A stretch of DNA of 64,000 bases from Eledone cirrhosa. Lineage: Eukaryota. The notes under the pieces were generated by a model that made no database searches, was not told the DNA's origin, and saw only the letters and a list, made by a program, of their open reading frames with translations. The DNA lies in NCBI GenBank assembly GCA_964016885.1, contig OZ024742.1, positions 189,844,001 to 189,908,000 on the forward strand. Direction: 5' to 3'. Shown in pieces: positions 1-12,011 of this stretch (positions within the stretch are counted from its first letter, which is position 1; every line of letters starts with the position of its first letter). Position numbers and translations under genes: made by a program.

Positions 1-179
1 TTATGTAATATCTAACCAACAAAATTCTGAAACTTATCGTTCACTCTGATTGATTGACAAGATCCCAGACCTCAATTGCTTGCCGAGTGGAGTGGACCTT
101 GTCAAATCAGACCAAGCAAACAATGTTTTCAGCAGTCTTTCCATTGCTGACACTATCTACCAGTTGCAACTCCTGGCAG

Positions 180-297
180 AAAGAGCAACGTGAAATAAAA
201 TGTCTTGCTCAAGAACACAATACATCACTCAGTCCAAGAATGGAACTCACAACCTCACGATTGCAAATCTGACTCTCTACCACTAAGCCACACATCC
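180..297 (-). mobile_element. Older CORE-like tRNA SINE head
   Basis: gtgaaataaaatgtcttgctcaag...gaactcacaacct...ccactaagccac. Confidence 0.75.
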
Positions 298-400
298 AAA
301 ACTTGTGACTAAGTAAAAGATCCTACAGGAACCAAAAGTATCACATCTCAACATAATCAAATTATCTATTTATCATCTTCATTATTATAACTCTTAATGT

Positions 401-628
401 CAGTGATGTAGCTAGAATGGGTGCAACCTGGGGCAGCCCTTCAGTTTGCTGCCCCTGGGCCTCCACAAAAAATACATATTTCCCACTGACTCACTCTTAA
501 AGTTATATGTTATATATTAACTAGTCTGTTTACAATTACAATATTAGGCTCCAGCATTAAAAGAATACTTATAGCCAAAAGCACCACCCCCATAAAACTG
601 TTGCCGAGGGCAGACTGCTATGATACTG
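401..628. mobile_element. hAT-like MITE with 8-bp TSD
   Basis: Ends cagtgatgtagc / gctatgatactg; cttaatgt at 393-400 and 629-636. Confidence 0.75.
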
Positions 629-955
629 CTTAATGTACTGCATGAAATCACATTAGCAGCACTATGACTGCATCATATTAACAATTGAAAACTTTACTCT
701 AATACTGCAAATTTTCACAACAATCTATCCACTAGTAAAGATATGATAAACATTTGAATTAACAAAACTGTTTCTATATGTTTTAATATTTTCTACTAAA
801 TCATTACAGAATGTTAAGAGGTAATATTAGTTTTTAGGGTATTAAATAGCATGTTTGTCTGTATTTACTCTGGCATTCTATGCTCAGTTCAAAATTCAAT
901 GAGGCCAACTTTTTTTTTTATCTTTTCTGAGTTGATAAATAAAGTACCATTTCAG

Positions 956-969
956 TACTACTACTACTA

Positions 970-1002
<33 letters not shown>

Positions 1003-1030
1003 CTTCTTCTTCTTCTTCTTCTTCTTCTTC
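956..1030. repeat. (TAC)n-(TTC)n microsatellite
   Basis: Direct inspection. Confidence 0.95.
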
Positions 1031-1404
1031 CATCACTCTCCTCTTATTCAGCTGTAGTCAAACCTGAAGAGTAATTATGGGCACCACCAGATTTTAAATG
1101 ACACACTACTTCAACTCCATGAGGAGTTCAGAGATCAATAACCAAAGATCAGTAATCAATGAAAGTAGAACAGGTTTATAATACATGTTTCAATTGTTTT
1201 CAGTCATATGTAACTTCAACAATGGTGGTCCTCATTCTCATATCTTACCTTGCCACCAGTAGGTTAGCAACTGCTCTCAATGTCCAAGAATAAAGACACA
1301 TTGTTGCTAACTTCATCTTAATTAATAGGTATGAAAAGCCAAATAAAATGTTACACCCTTATAACAGTTCTGACAACAAGTATTCCAGTTGTTCAAACAA
1401 CAGG

Positions 1405-1653
1405 CTGGACTGTTCGTGGAATTAACGTGCAATTGGCTGTGTCTTTCACAGACACGAGTACCTTTAATGTAATTCTCAAAGAGATTCCACTGCATTATAC
1501 AGTGGGTGACATGACTGGTCCTTGAATTACAAATACAGTCAAACCGACAGGCACAAAAGAGTTTTCATCTACCCAGCTTTACTCACAGTGGGATTGAAAT
1601 CAGGACCTAATAATTGCAAAGCAAACTCCTTAATCATTCAGCCATGTTGCGTC
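1405..1653 (-). mobile_element. Older tRNA SINE with a different body
   Basis: tRNA-like head on - at 1590-1653 plus a ~190-bp body. Confidence 0.6.
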
Positions 1654-1985
1654 CATCATCATCACCATCATTACTGTTTAACGTCCATTTTCCATGCTAA
1701 CATGGGTTAGACGTGCTGTCCCTTTGTGAGACAAGTTAGGTTGGATGACCATGTTTTGCTCATACAGAACAGATTTTGGCTTGATTCCTATGACTAGATG
1801 CCCTTCCTAATGCCAACCACATTTACTGTGTGTACTGGGTACTTTATGTCATGACACCTACACGACCACTTTACAATGTGGGCTGGGTGTTTTTGGTTGT
1901 GACACCTACATGACAACTTTACAGTTTGGACTGGGCGCTTTTTGTCATGCCACCTACACAAGCACTTTACAGTATAGACTGTTCA
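1654..1985 (-). mobile_element. Older RTE 3' tail with ~4 internal ~47-bp repeats
   Basis: (CAT)n, tttaacgtccattttccatgc, gatgcccttcctaatgccaacc, repeated cactttacagtgt..ctgggt. Confidence 0.75.
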
Positions 1986-2455
1986 CACTATAATAATTCA
2001 AAATAAACTATTCCATAATAACTGTGGCCACTTCACATGATGTGCTTCAGGGGGTTTTATTTACTCTCCAAATCCAAATATGAGATCATACAGCATTTGA
2101 GTCACCATGTTTGCAACATTAAATATCTGTATACTGTATATTCAATTACGTTATGGTTACCTTATTATAGATATTATATTAAAAACTATTTCTTGGCAAT
2201 GTCTCTTATCTAAAACATTTGATTTTAAAATGTTAGATAGATTTATCTGCAAAGTGACTTAATCAAGTGTATATATATTGATTTGATGCAATATGACTAA
2301 AGTGAAACAGCTCAATGTCATATATATATATGCATGTGTGTGTGTGTGTGTATATATATATATAGTATAATTTATTGTTATTATTATAAATGATTTCTCA
2401 ACACAGTTGCTTGATACCTAATGTTTCAAAGTGTACTTTATTATATATCATAGAG

Positions 2456-2518
<63 letters not shown>

Positions 2519-2769
2519 TTGCTTATTTTACATATACATAAGTTGTGTATATGTGTAATTTATTTTTACATGTTCTTTGATTCTAAAACATTTCTTTCAA
2601 GAATGTATTTTCTAAGAACAGACCTAGAGACCTAACAATTCCTTCCAATGCCATGTTTCAGTAAAAAAGATTTATCGTTAGTAACTTCCATTACCAATCA
2701 TATTACTTTTTTAAATCACCTAATTACATCTTCATTAAATCATCATCATTTTACATCCACTTTTCCAAG

Positions 2770-3142
2770 TGGATGTAAAACCAGTTACTCTAGGTGAAGG
2801 GTGAACACATGGGGTTCAGATTCCTCATCATATTTATGAGATTATAAGACTCACACTGCCTACGGCTCTATGACAGCTAATCTATATATGAACACAAGTA
2901 CAGTTATCACTCTTATCTATTAAATGCGTTCACAATTTACTTACACTCAATTTGTTTTCATAATTTAAAACTAATTTAGATCTCGTGGAATACATTCATC
3001 TCTTTTAGATCCTCTACATTAACTAGAGTGGAAGACTTAATCCATTGCTTAGTTTATTATCACAACCGTACCCTTGGTTGCCTTTAGCAGTGTCCATGCT
3101 GTTGCATGCAAAATAAGTTGTCACATCTTTGACACAACTGAA

Positions 3143-3208
<66 letters not shown>

Positions 3209-3311
3209 TGGATGTAAAACCAGTTACCCTAGGTGAAGGGTGAATACATCAGGTTCAGATTCCTCATCATATTTATGAGATTATAAGACTCATACTGCCT
3301 ACGGCTCTATG
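2770..3311 (+). repeat. ~102-bp direct repeat (2770-2872 and 3209-3311)
   Basis: tggatgtaaaaccagttac.ctaggtgaagggtgaa...ctgcctacggctctatg twice. Confidence 0.9.
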
Positions 3312-3346
3312 GTCATTTAAAAAAAAAACTTTTTATCAATGAAGAA

Positions 3347-3395
<49 letters not shown>

Positions 3396-3967
3396 TGGTT
3401 CTTCATTGATATCTTTTTTTTTAAATGACCACCATTTATTTTTATCTTTGTAGAGTTTCAAATTGTTTACATGCATATCATATGATTAGTCTTTCATTCA
3501 GTATTAATGAGTAATCATGCTATCAAATGCCACGATATCATCATCATCCTCATCGCAATCAATAAATTTTGTACAACCTAAATCATAGGTTTACTTTTTG
3601 TATTACTAATGTCTACCTACTGCTTTCATGCATAAAAATGAAACCCACTTCTTTGATTAAACCTGAGTATATATATAATGGGTATATGAACCTGATAAAC
3701 ATATGAGAGAGGGTGTCTGTGCTGTGATAAATTCAAGTAAAATAAAGGAGAAACTTTGATTGATAAGATTATTCATTTTATTAGAAAATTGGTATTGTCA
3801 TTTTTGTTTGTAAAATATGAAAAAATCAACCCTCCTCACTCCCAAAACTAGAGAGCTCCATATAGAAATGTTGGGAATGATGTGGCTCCTTCTGTGAACT
3901 AGTATCATATATATATATATATATATACATATATATATCTATGTATATGTGTGTGTATGTATGTATA

Positions 3968-4307
3968 CCATCATCATCATCATCATCATCATCGTTTAAC
4001 GTCCATCTTCCATGCTTGCATGGGTTTGGACGGGAATTTTCCCACTTGGGGCAAGATTGGTTGTCCTGCTCGTATAGGACTGTCTGGCGGGTTTTCTATG
4101 GCTGGATGCCCTTCCTGACACCAACCACGTTTACAGTGTGGACTGGGAGGTTTTTACCGTGTTACCTACACGGCCACATTACAGCGTGGACTGTGTGTTT
4201 TTTTGTCGTGACACCTACACGACCTCATTTGTTTCGGACTGGATGTTGTGGTACCAACATAACTTCACATTTAAGGGGGGGGGGGGGGGTAGTGTGACGG
4301 GGGTGTA
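3968..4307 (-). mobile_element. RTE 3'-UTR fragment
   Basis: (CAT)n + gtttaacgtcc...ggatgcccttcc; reverse complement of the 52 kb UTR. Confidence 0.85.
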
Positions 4308-4821
4308 TATATATATATATATATATATATACATAAACACATATGTACACATATATATTGTGTAGGGTAGAGTTTGGTAAAGAATATCCAAAGATGAGAA
4401 GCAAACAATCCATGAAAAGCATTTGTAGTGTATAAAGATTTATTACACTAACTTATGGTGTCATTACAAGATGAAGTAAAATCAGCTGATGATCTCAAAT
4501 CTGATCTGTGAAAGATATGAGAATTTATTCCATCAAAACTGTTGTACCTACATAACACCATAAGTAAGTGTATTAAATGTTTGTAATATATATATATATC
4601 ATCATCATCATTATCAACATATACATATATATATATATATGTGGATGTGTTCACAACAAATCCATTTATCTGCTATATAACATATGGTGTCCACTCTCAT
4701 ATGCAAATTTATATTTACAACATACGGGTTTTGTAAAATCATTGAGTGAGTGGTTAACAGCAATCCTAGACAAAATCTGTCTAACTCATTATAATTAACT
4801 TATGTATATATATATATATAA

Positions 4822-4990
4822 TAATTGTTTCTACTTTTGGCACAAGGCCAGCAATTACCCAGTACATTACTATTACTTTATTTTATCAACCCCATAAGGA
4901 TGAAAGGCAAAGTTAACCTCGACGGGATTTTAACTCAGACCCCATCGAGGTCAACTTTGCCTTTCATCCTTACGGGGTCGATAAAATAAT
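4822..4990. mobile_element. SINE A (-) joined head-to-head with an inverted SINE A fragment (+)
   Basis: aaggatgaaaggcaaagttaacctcgac...tcgaggtcaactttgcctttcatcctta. Confidence 0.8.
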
Positions 4991-5044
4991 TAAGGAACAA
5001 AGAATGAGTATAGCATCATATACATATTTAATTACATATGTAAT

Positions 5045-5097
<53 letters not shown>

Positions 5098-5598
5098 GTG
5101 ACAATGAATTGGCTGAGCTATAAGTATCAGATTAAAATTACCTTGGTATTTGTTCCAGCTCACTGTGTGGCGTCTGTGTTCAAATGCCGTCAAAGTCAAC
5201 TTAGACTTTCATACTTCATGGTAGTAAACTATATACCAATAATATACTAGGCGTGATACTTCCTCTATCTCTCTTGGTAACATTCAGTCTCTCTCTCTTT
5301 CTCACTTTCTCTCTCTCCCTGGAAGACATTGAATATGTTACAATGCCCAAGACACATCATATATTAAGACAGCACACCAATGATTCCATCTAAAGTTAAG
5401 GTCCATTTACCTTATCTATATATAAATATATATGTCATCATGATCATTGTTTTTAATCATGTCTGCTTTAAATGTATATATATATATATATGTTATTTTA
5501 ATAAATATATATATATATATAACAAAGGAATTGTGGTAAGGAACCAGATGAACCATAACGCACCAGAGTACTCAATACTTAGGGTAGTAGAGTGGGAA

Positions 5599-5714
5599 AT
5601 AGGAAAAAGTATGACCCCGACGGCAAAGCTCAAGCCGTTTCGACGGCTATTTCTGGACTGTCCAGAAATAGCCGTTGAAACAGCTTGAGCTCTGCCATTG
5701 GGGTCATACTTTTT

Positions 5715-5719
<5 letters not shown>
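5599..5719. repeat. Palindrome: 60-bp arms, 1-nt centre, 5 mismatches
   Basis: Centre T5659; both strands translate to near-identical IGKSMTP...AVETA. Confidence 0.95.
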
Positions 5720-5755
<36 letters not shown>

Positions 5756-6287
5756 ATGTATATATATATACATATATAGTTTCAAAGGGGCTGCATGACT
5801 AAACATATATGTATATAAACAATATATATATATACAGTGAGAGAGGGAGAAGAAAGATAGTGAGAGAGACAGAGTTATAAACAATTGTATTTATAGATTT
5901 GAATTAACTCACCTACAACATCAACTTTATTGTAATGTGTATTAAATGTTTACATATTCATTAGACTTGCCATAAGAGTATCTTGAATAGGTTTTCAATG
6001 AGAAATAAGTTAACTGTCACTCTAATATCTATAAATATCTATCCACGTAACGTTATTAATTTTATTGAAACTAAACTTTTATTGTTATACTCTGAAAATA
6101 TATACTTTTTACGTTTTTTTTTACATTTTTTTTTACATTTATTTTATACTTGTTTGTCTTTGATATTCTGTTTTGAAAACCATGTGTCTATTTTTAAAAT
6201 TTATTTACTAACAAATTTTTTTTATCTTTTATCCAAAATGTGCTTAATGGTTTGTCTTTGTTTCTATTTTTTTAATTTTATTTGTAG

Positions 6288-7264
6288 ATAAAATCAAAGA
6301 TAACTCCTCCTCTGATTCCTATTCAGAGCAGTCACCCTCAGTAAAGAGATCTACACCAACCATCATCTCAGATTCTCCTGCAACTTTGAAAAAAAAATCA
6401 ATACTGAAAAAAGATGCTATTAATAAAGAAGAAACTGAAACTCTTCTCGAAAACTTCTCTGGGGAAACAAAAACTTTATGCTCCCAGACATGTCGTCCCA
6501 AAAACATCATGGACTCTGTGACTATTGTCAACAACTATCAAACATTCAATAATCACAGTAACAATGAACTTTATAACAACCAACATCAATTCCACCAACA
6601 CCACCACCACCACCATCACCAAAACAACCAAAACCATCAACTGCAACAGCAACAATTGGAAACTGCCAACCCAACCATCCTATCAGCCATGGTAACTTCT
6701 CCGCCAATTAAAGTGATCTGTCCGAGCATCGACTTGGACGAGGAGTCAGGAGCCATGGCTATTTCTTCCACCCCTACCCCTTCACCTACCGGTCCAACAG
6801 ATGAATTGGATTCTCCAGACAGCGACTCCCAGAGCAACTCATCTGAAGAACGGGAAGGAGAAGAACTGGAATTCAGCGACAGTGCAGCTAGCCTAGAGAA
6901 ACTTAAGTGCTGGAAAGACTTGGACAATAAAGAGCAACAGTTGCTTTGGCAACAGGACACAAGCCCCTCGGACAATATGGATAATGATGAAAGCTATCAA
7001 GGTACAAATTCTGTTGACCAATCAGCCTCAGATATAAGTCTCATTGAACAGCCAACGTCAAGGTCATCCCCATCCAATGAAGGTGATAGCCATATGGACA
7101 TTGACAAATATGGTGATAAATGTGCGGACTATATGACCGAAAAGATGACTTCCTTGACGTTGGCTCAAAATGGAGACTATCCTCTCGACAATTTAATTAA
7201 TGATATTGAAAAAAATTCTGATGATCCAAAAGACAATGTCGTATCAGCTGACGCCAGTGGCTAA
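6288..7264 (+). CDS. Last coding exon of an unidentified host gene (~325 aa; S/D/E/N/Q/H-rich, likely disordered C-terminus with KSILKK motif)
   Basis: Pyrimidine tract + ttgtag acceptor at 6286-6287; frame open from (D)KIKDNSSSDSYSEQSPSVKR through ORF 6386..7264 to TAA; higher GC, poly-His/Gln runs, no TE motifs. Confidence 0.85.
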
Positions 7265-7296
7265 TATGTGATTAGCAGAAGCTAAATGGAAATCAA

Positions 7297-7305
7297 ATGG
7301 TAAAG
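7297..7305 (+). other. Putative splice donor (ATG|GTAAAG) 35 nt after the stop codon
   Basis: GT at 7300-7301, followed by an abrupt shift to T-rich, repeat-laden sequence. Confidence 0.45.
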
Positions 7306-7759
7306 TTAACATTTTTATACATAATGTTTTTAAATGCCTTTATTTCATCTTTTTTTTTTTTTACTTTCTAATCTAATACAAGGTTTATTGAAAATTTGTA
7401 ACATTTCATTAATCTACATTTTTCTAATGAGTGTGTGTATATATGTGTGTGTGTGAACTGTTACGCCATGGACACTCTGGCATGAAGTTTAAAAGCACTT
7501 AACCAGTATAAAAGAAATACATGGTTCAATACTCCCAGGTCATCTCTTTTCATTCTTTTACCAACTTCAGGTGTACTTTACCCAACTTATTATAATAGTC
7601 ACCTACATTTTCAAGTAGGTGGTTCTTCCAGAGGGAGGCCCTTCTATTGCAATTCTAATGGAACTCAGGTACACGATCTGTTTTCATATATATATATATA
7701 TATGAAAACAGGGAGAAAGAGACGATTATGAGGAAGAAAAATATATATATATATATATT

Positions 7760-8103
7760 GGAGGCACATGGCTTAGTGGTTAGAGCATTGGCCTTGCAAT
7801 CGAAAGGTTGTGAGTTCAATTCTCAGACCGGGTGATGTGTTGTTTCCTTGAGCAAGACACTTTATTTCACATTGCTCCAGTTTACTCAGCTGTAGAAATG
7901 AGATGATAGGGACTAGGGTCCCTATCATTCCACTGTAAAGTGGTCGTGGAGGTGCCACGGCATAAAAGCACCCAGCACTCACTGTAAATGAGGTTGGTGT
8001 TAGGAAGGGCATCCAGCTGTAGAAATCAAGCCAGCATCAGTTCCCGTCCCACCCTTGCAAGCAGGGAAAAGTGGACGTAAAATGAAATGATGATGAAATG
8101 ATG

Positions 8104-8106
<3 letters not shown>
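7760..8106 (+). mobile_element. Young tRNA-derived SINE family B (tRNA head, CORE-like segment, RTE tail)
   Basis: A box tggcttagtgg, B box gagttcaattc, ccttgagcaagacacttt, RTE tail, (ATG)n. Confidence 0.92.
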
Positions 8107-8144
<38 letters not shown>

Positions 8145-8146
<2 letters not shown>

Positions 8147-8456
8147 AACCTACAGTAAGTAGGCACCTCTTACCAAAATACACCCCCGTACGACTACCCC
8201 CACCCCATCCACACCACCCCTTTCGATGTAAAGTTATGATGGTGGTACCACAACATCCAGTCCTGTGGCCATGTAGGTAACACGGTAAAAACCGCCCAGT
8301 CCACACTGTAAACGTGGTTGGGGTTAGGAAGGGCATCCAGCTGTAGAAAACCCGCCAGACAGTCCTATATGAGCAGGACAACCAATCTTGCCTCAATTGG
8401 GAAAATTCCCGTCCAAACCCATGCTACCATAAACGATGATGATGATGATGATGATG

Positions 8457-8458
<2 letters not shown>
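8145..8458 (+). mobile_element. RTE 3'-UTR fragment (subfamily of 51285-52436)
   Basis: aaaatacacccccgt...gttaggaagggcatccagctgtagaaaa...(GAT)n matches 51995-52436. Confidence 0.85.
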
Positions 8459-8495
<37 letters not shown>

Positions 8496-8811
8496 ACAAA
8501 TTTAATATAGAAATCATCAAATGGCTTCTACAGTCCTGTAAAAGTCATATCTTTATTAAATTTGTTGTTTACACTCTACTAATGTATTGAGTACCTTACT
8601 TACTGTGGTTACCTCTGATTGAACCGAGGACTCACACATTTATATATATATATATATATTTGTATGTGGTTGATGGCTAAGAGTTCTTATCTAATGATCC
8701 TGTGATAAACAGGCAAATCTCCAGAGTAACGAGACTCACTATTTAGCCTTAATAAAATGAATTTTTTCCAATTCCACCCCACCTGTCCTTTCAATCTATC
8801 TATTTTCTCAT

Positions 8812-8845
8812 TCTTTCTTCTGATGAAGGACTAGCATCAGAAACG
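8812..8845 (+). ncRNA. Minimal hammerhead-ribozyme-like motif
   Basis: tctt-CTGATGA-aggactagcatca-GAAA-cgtt-aaga; stem II degenerate. Confidence 0.5.
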
Positions 8846-9165
8846 TTAAGACTCTTTTCCTGCTATTTCAAGTGTTAACCTAATATATTCCTTTCATATA
8901 CTGTACACCTTTTACATATATATATATATATCAAAGAAGTTATTTCATTCCTAATAGATAAACTTTCATTGTAATTAGTAATGGCCATATGACCATAACC
9001 CTATAGCAATTTTCATATCAATGCCACTGAGGAGGCTAAATGGTTAAGCAGTGGCAGATAATTTAAATTTAAAATTTCCATCTATTAAGATGCAAAATTG
9101 TTTGCTAAAATGATTATTCTACTCATCGTTCGTTAGTTAGTCTTCTTTCATTATTAACATTATTG

Positions 9166-9356
9166 GCAGGGCAGTGAATTGGCTGTATCGGTAGAGGGTC
9201 GGACGCCATGCTTTCCAGCATAGAGTTACGCCCCTTTATGGTCTGAGTTCAAATCCCGCCCAGGTTAACTTTGCCTTTCATCCTTACGAGGTTAATAAAA
9301 TAAAGTACCAGTAATACACTGATTTAATTGCTGGCCTTGTGCCAATAGTAGAAACA
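9166..9356 (+). mobile_element. tRNA-derived SINE family A with 16-bp TSD
   Basis: gagttcaaatccc B box; ctttgcctttcatcc...ataaaataaagtaccag core; TSD attattaacattattg at 9150-9165 and 9357-9372. Confidence 0.88.
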
Positions 9357-9384
9357 ATTATTAACATTATTGTGAACATTCAGC

Positions 9385-9465
9385 CTTTCATCCTTACGGG
9401 GTTGATAAAATAAAGTACCAGTAATGCACTGGGTGATTGCTGGCCTTGTGCCTAAAGTAGAAACA
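9385..9465 (+). mobile_element. 5'-truncated SINE A with 19-bp flanking direct repeat
   Basis: attattgtgaacattcagc at 9366-9384 and 9466-9484. Confidence 0.75.
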
Positions 9466-9689
9466 ATTATTGTGAACATTCAGCATCTAAAATCAAATTT
9501 CTATTAAACAGATATTTGCTAAGAAATGACATCAATAATTATTATAGTTCACCCACACAATTAAAGTAAAACTAAAAATATGAGGTGGAATAATCATTAT
9601 ATCCTTGGCTAGATAGCATATCTTAGTTGTGTCCAACAGGTAAGATGATGAAATGTTGCTACAGAATACAGCCAATGATACTCATTGTA

Positions 9690-10280
9690 TCAGCCATTCC
9701 ACTTCACTTTGCAGAATGTACTGGATATATTTTATCATAGCATCAGCACTAGGAGGTTGTCCTGTTCTTGGCATGACTGAAAAATCCTCTCTATCCTTTT
9801 TGGCCTGATTTCTATGGCCTGGATGACATCCTTTACATCACCTTCTTTACACAGAATAATGGGTGCATTTTATTGTGGCACAAGCATTAGGGAGGTTGTC
9901 ATGTCCTTGAAATGACTGAAGATGCTTCTTAACCCTTTTTAGCAGGGTTTCTATAGCTGGATACACTTCCTAACACCAATCACTTTATAGAGTGTACTGG
10001 GTGTATTCTATCATAGCACCAGTACTAGGGAGGTTTTCATATCATTGAGAACTGAGGAATCCTCATAACCCTTTGCTTGGCATGGTTTCTGTAGCTGAAT
10101 ACCCTTCTCATCAACTTTGAAGATATACTGGATGTATTTTATCAGACAACGGTACTAGAGAGGCTGTCATGTTCTTGACATGACTATAGAATCCTCTCAA
10201 ATGTTTTTGGCATGGTTTCTATTGCTGGATGCCCTTCCAACCACAGAGCTGGTTTAATTTTATGTTGGCGCTAGCATAAG
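9690..10280. repeat. Diverged ~120-bp tandem repeat (~5 units) related to the RTE 3' tail
   Basis: Recurrent cactagggaggttgtc...tgactgaa...gtttctat.gctggat; relatives at 49220-49480 and 50840-50960. Confidence 0.7.
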
Positions 10281-11217
10281 CGGGATTCTCAGCCCATTGA
10301 CTTGACTGATGTGTAGCATTCGTTGCTCTACATTGTTACAAATTCAATGTCAACACCTTCATAGAGAGTATTGTGTGTCATTTATAGTGAAACTAATACA
10401 TTATAAGGAGTTATTCCTTAGCTGTTTACCATGACCTACAAACCGTCTTTAATTTATTCCCTTCTCTTTGTTTGCTTCATACCTATACTACTTTAAAGTC
10501 TTATAAACAGTATTTGATATCTTTCAATGATGATGAGATATCCTCTTAGCTCCTCAAATGAATTTAATCTATTACTTAGATTTACATTATACAAGCAGTG
10601 AATTATAATTCCTCCTTCCAAACTTTTAAGGTCTTCAAATTCATTTGACAAAGTAATTTTCACAGACATGCAATAAATTTCAACTGTATTTTACTTTTCT
10701 TCTGTATCCCATCAAGGAACAGCTATCTTTAATCTCAATTATTATGCAAATCTATAATTACTATGTCATATCAATCTCTAAAATTATTATTATTAGTTTT
10801 ATATTTAATTGAGATATGCAGCTCAATAGTATTTAAATGACTTTCGCAGACATTCACCAATATAAGTTCCATTGTAGATTCAATACAGATTTTATTTGAG
10901 AGTCTGTGGACAGCATGAGTTTTCACTTTCACTTGGCTACAACATAATCCTTAAGAGCTTAAAGATAAATCCCTTCCCATGAATAGATTTCATGAAGACA
11001 CAATTCTTTGCATAAATTTCGATCTTAAGAATGCTTGCCTGAAAGTAGATTTTAATATGACTGAAACTATTTGTATAATTTTCATCCTAGATTTTTTTTT
11101 CAAGAAAACATTTGTGTTCATGTGAGGTGTAAAGTAAATATTTATGTTTGTGTAGGTAGGACATTCACATTTATAAAACCCAGGAAGACTACCAATCAAG
11201 GGATTACTCAATATATG

Positions 11218-11464
11218 TTAACCCTTTCATTACCATGTTTCTAATGAATAAAACTGCCTATGATTTTCACATTATTTTGAAAATAATCAAAACTTTCGAA
11301 GGATTTAGTAATATAACTAATATTTTCATTAATAAGCTAAATACAAAGGTTCTATATAAAATTATGATAGAAGAATTTCAGATAAATATAAATACTTTAA
11401 AGTTAACAGCATAGTATCATAGAACCAGGGTTGGTTTCAAACAGTTTGATGTCAAAAGTTTTAA
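11218..11464 (+). mobile_element. piggyBac-like MITE family 1 (TTAA-CCCTTT...AAAGGG-TTAA consensus)
   Basis: TTAA at both ends; internal taaaattatgat.gaag shared with copies near 36.3, 36.7, 51.1, 54.1 and 54.35 kb. Confidence 0.65.
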
Positions 11465-11962
11465 TACTAAGCTATTGACTGTTTTTTACCTGTATTTGGT
11501 ACGAAACCCAAATTTATCCTTTACACAATTTTACAAGACCAAATTATAAACTATGCCATATCTTCAACACAAAGATTTTTTTTGCTAATATGGTTTCAAA
11601 CCATAACAAAATTCATTTGCTTTTGGCTCAGTTTGATGTTCACAAACTTTAAGATTCTCAAGTTAAAAACCCACTTTTCTTAACTCTTGAAAAAATAATT
11701 AACTTCCTCTGAAACCTTAATTTTTCTAATCACTAAGAATTGATTATCATCTATATTCCATTTATGATATTTTTCACAATATATCTCATATTCCAGCAAC
11801 ACAAACATTGCAAAATATATCCAAAACATTTACTTCACTTTCTACATTCAAATCCATTTTTTGCTTGACCACAACAAATAATGTTTTTATATTTTGTTAG
11901 TTCAGAATGCTGGTGATTGGTATAAACCTAGCAGATAACTGACCAGGGATATATTATATATA

Positions 11963-12011
<49 letters not shown>

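Noticed and set aside
7678-7711. Short palindromes such as ctgttttca(TA)n tgaaaacag and 13048-13077
   Set aside because: Real but too short to interpret alone; consistent with the fold-back class already reported
7760-7832. tRNA genes at SINE heads
   Set aside because: A/B boxes are present but run into SINE bodies; no clean cloverleaf; multi-copy
7773-8012. Recurrent 79-aa ORF MPFLTPTSF... (also 39024, 60908)
   Set aside because: Antisense reading of SINE B; recurrence reflects SINE identity
10330-11200. Possible ancient LINE relic (also 15480-16200)
   Set aside because: Could not recover convincing RT/EN motifs by eye
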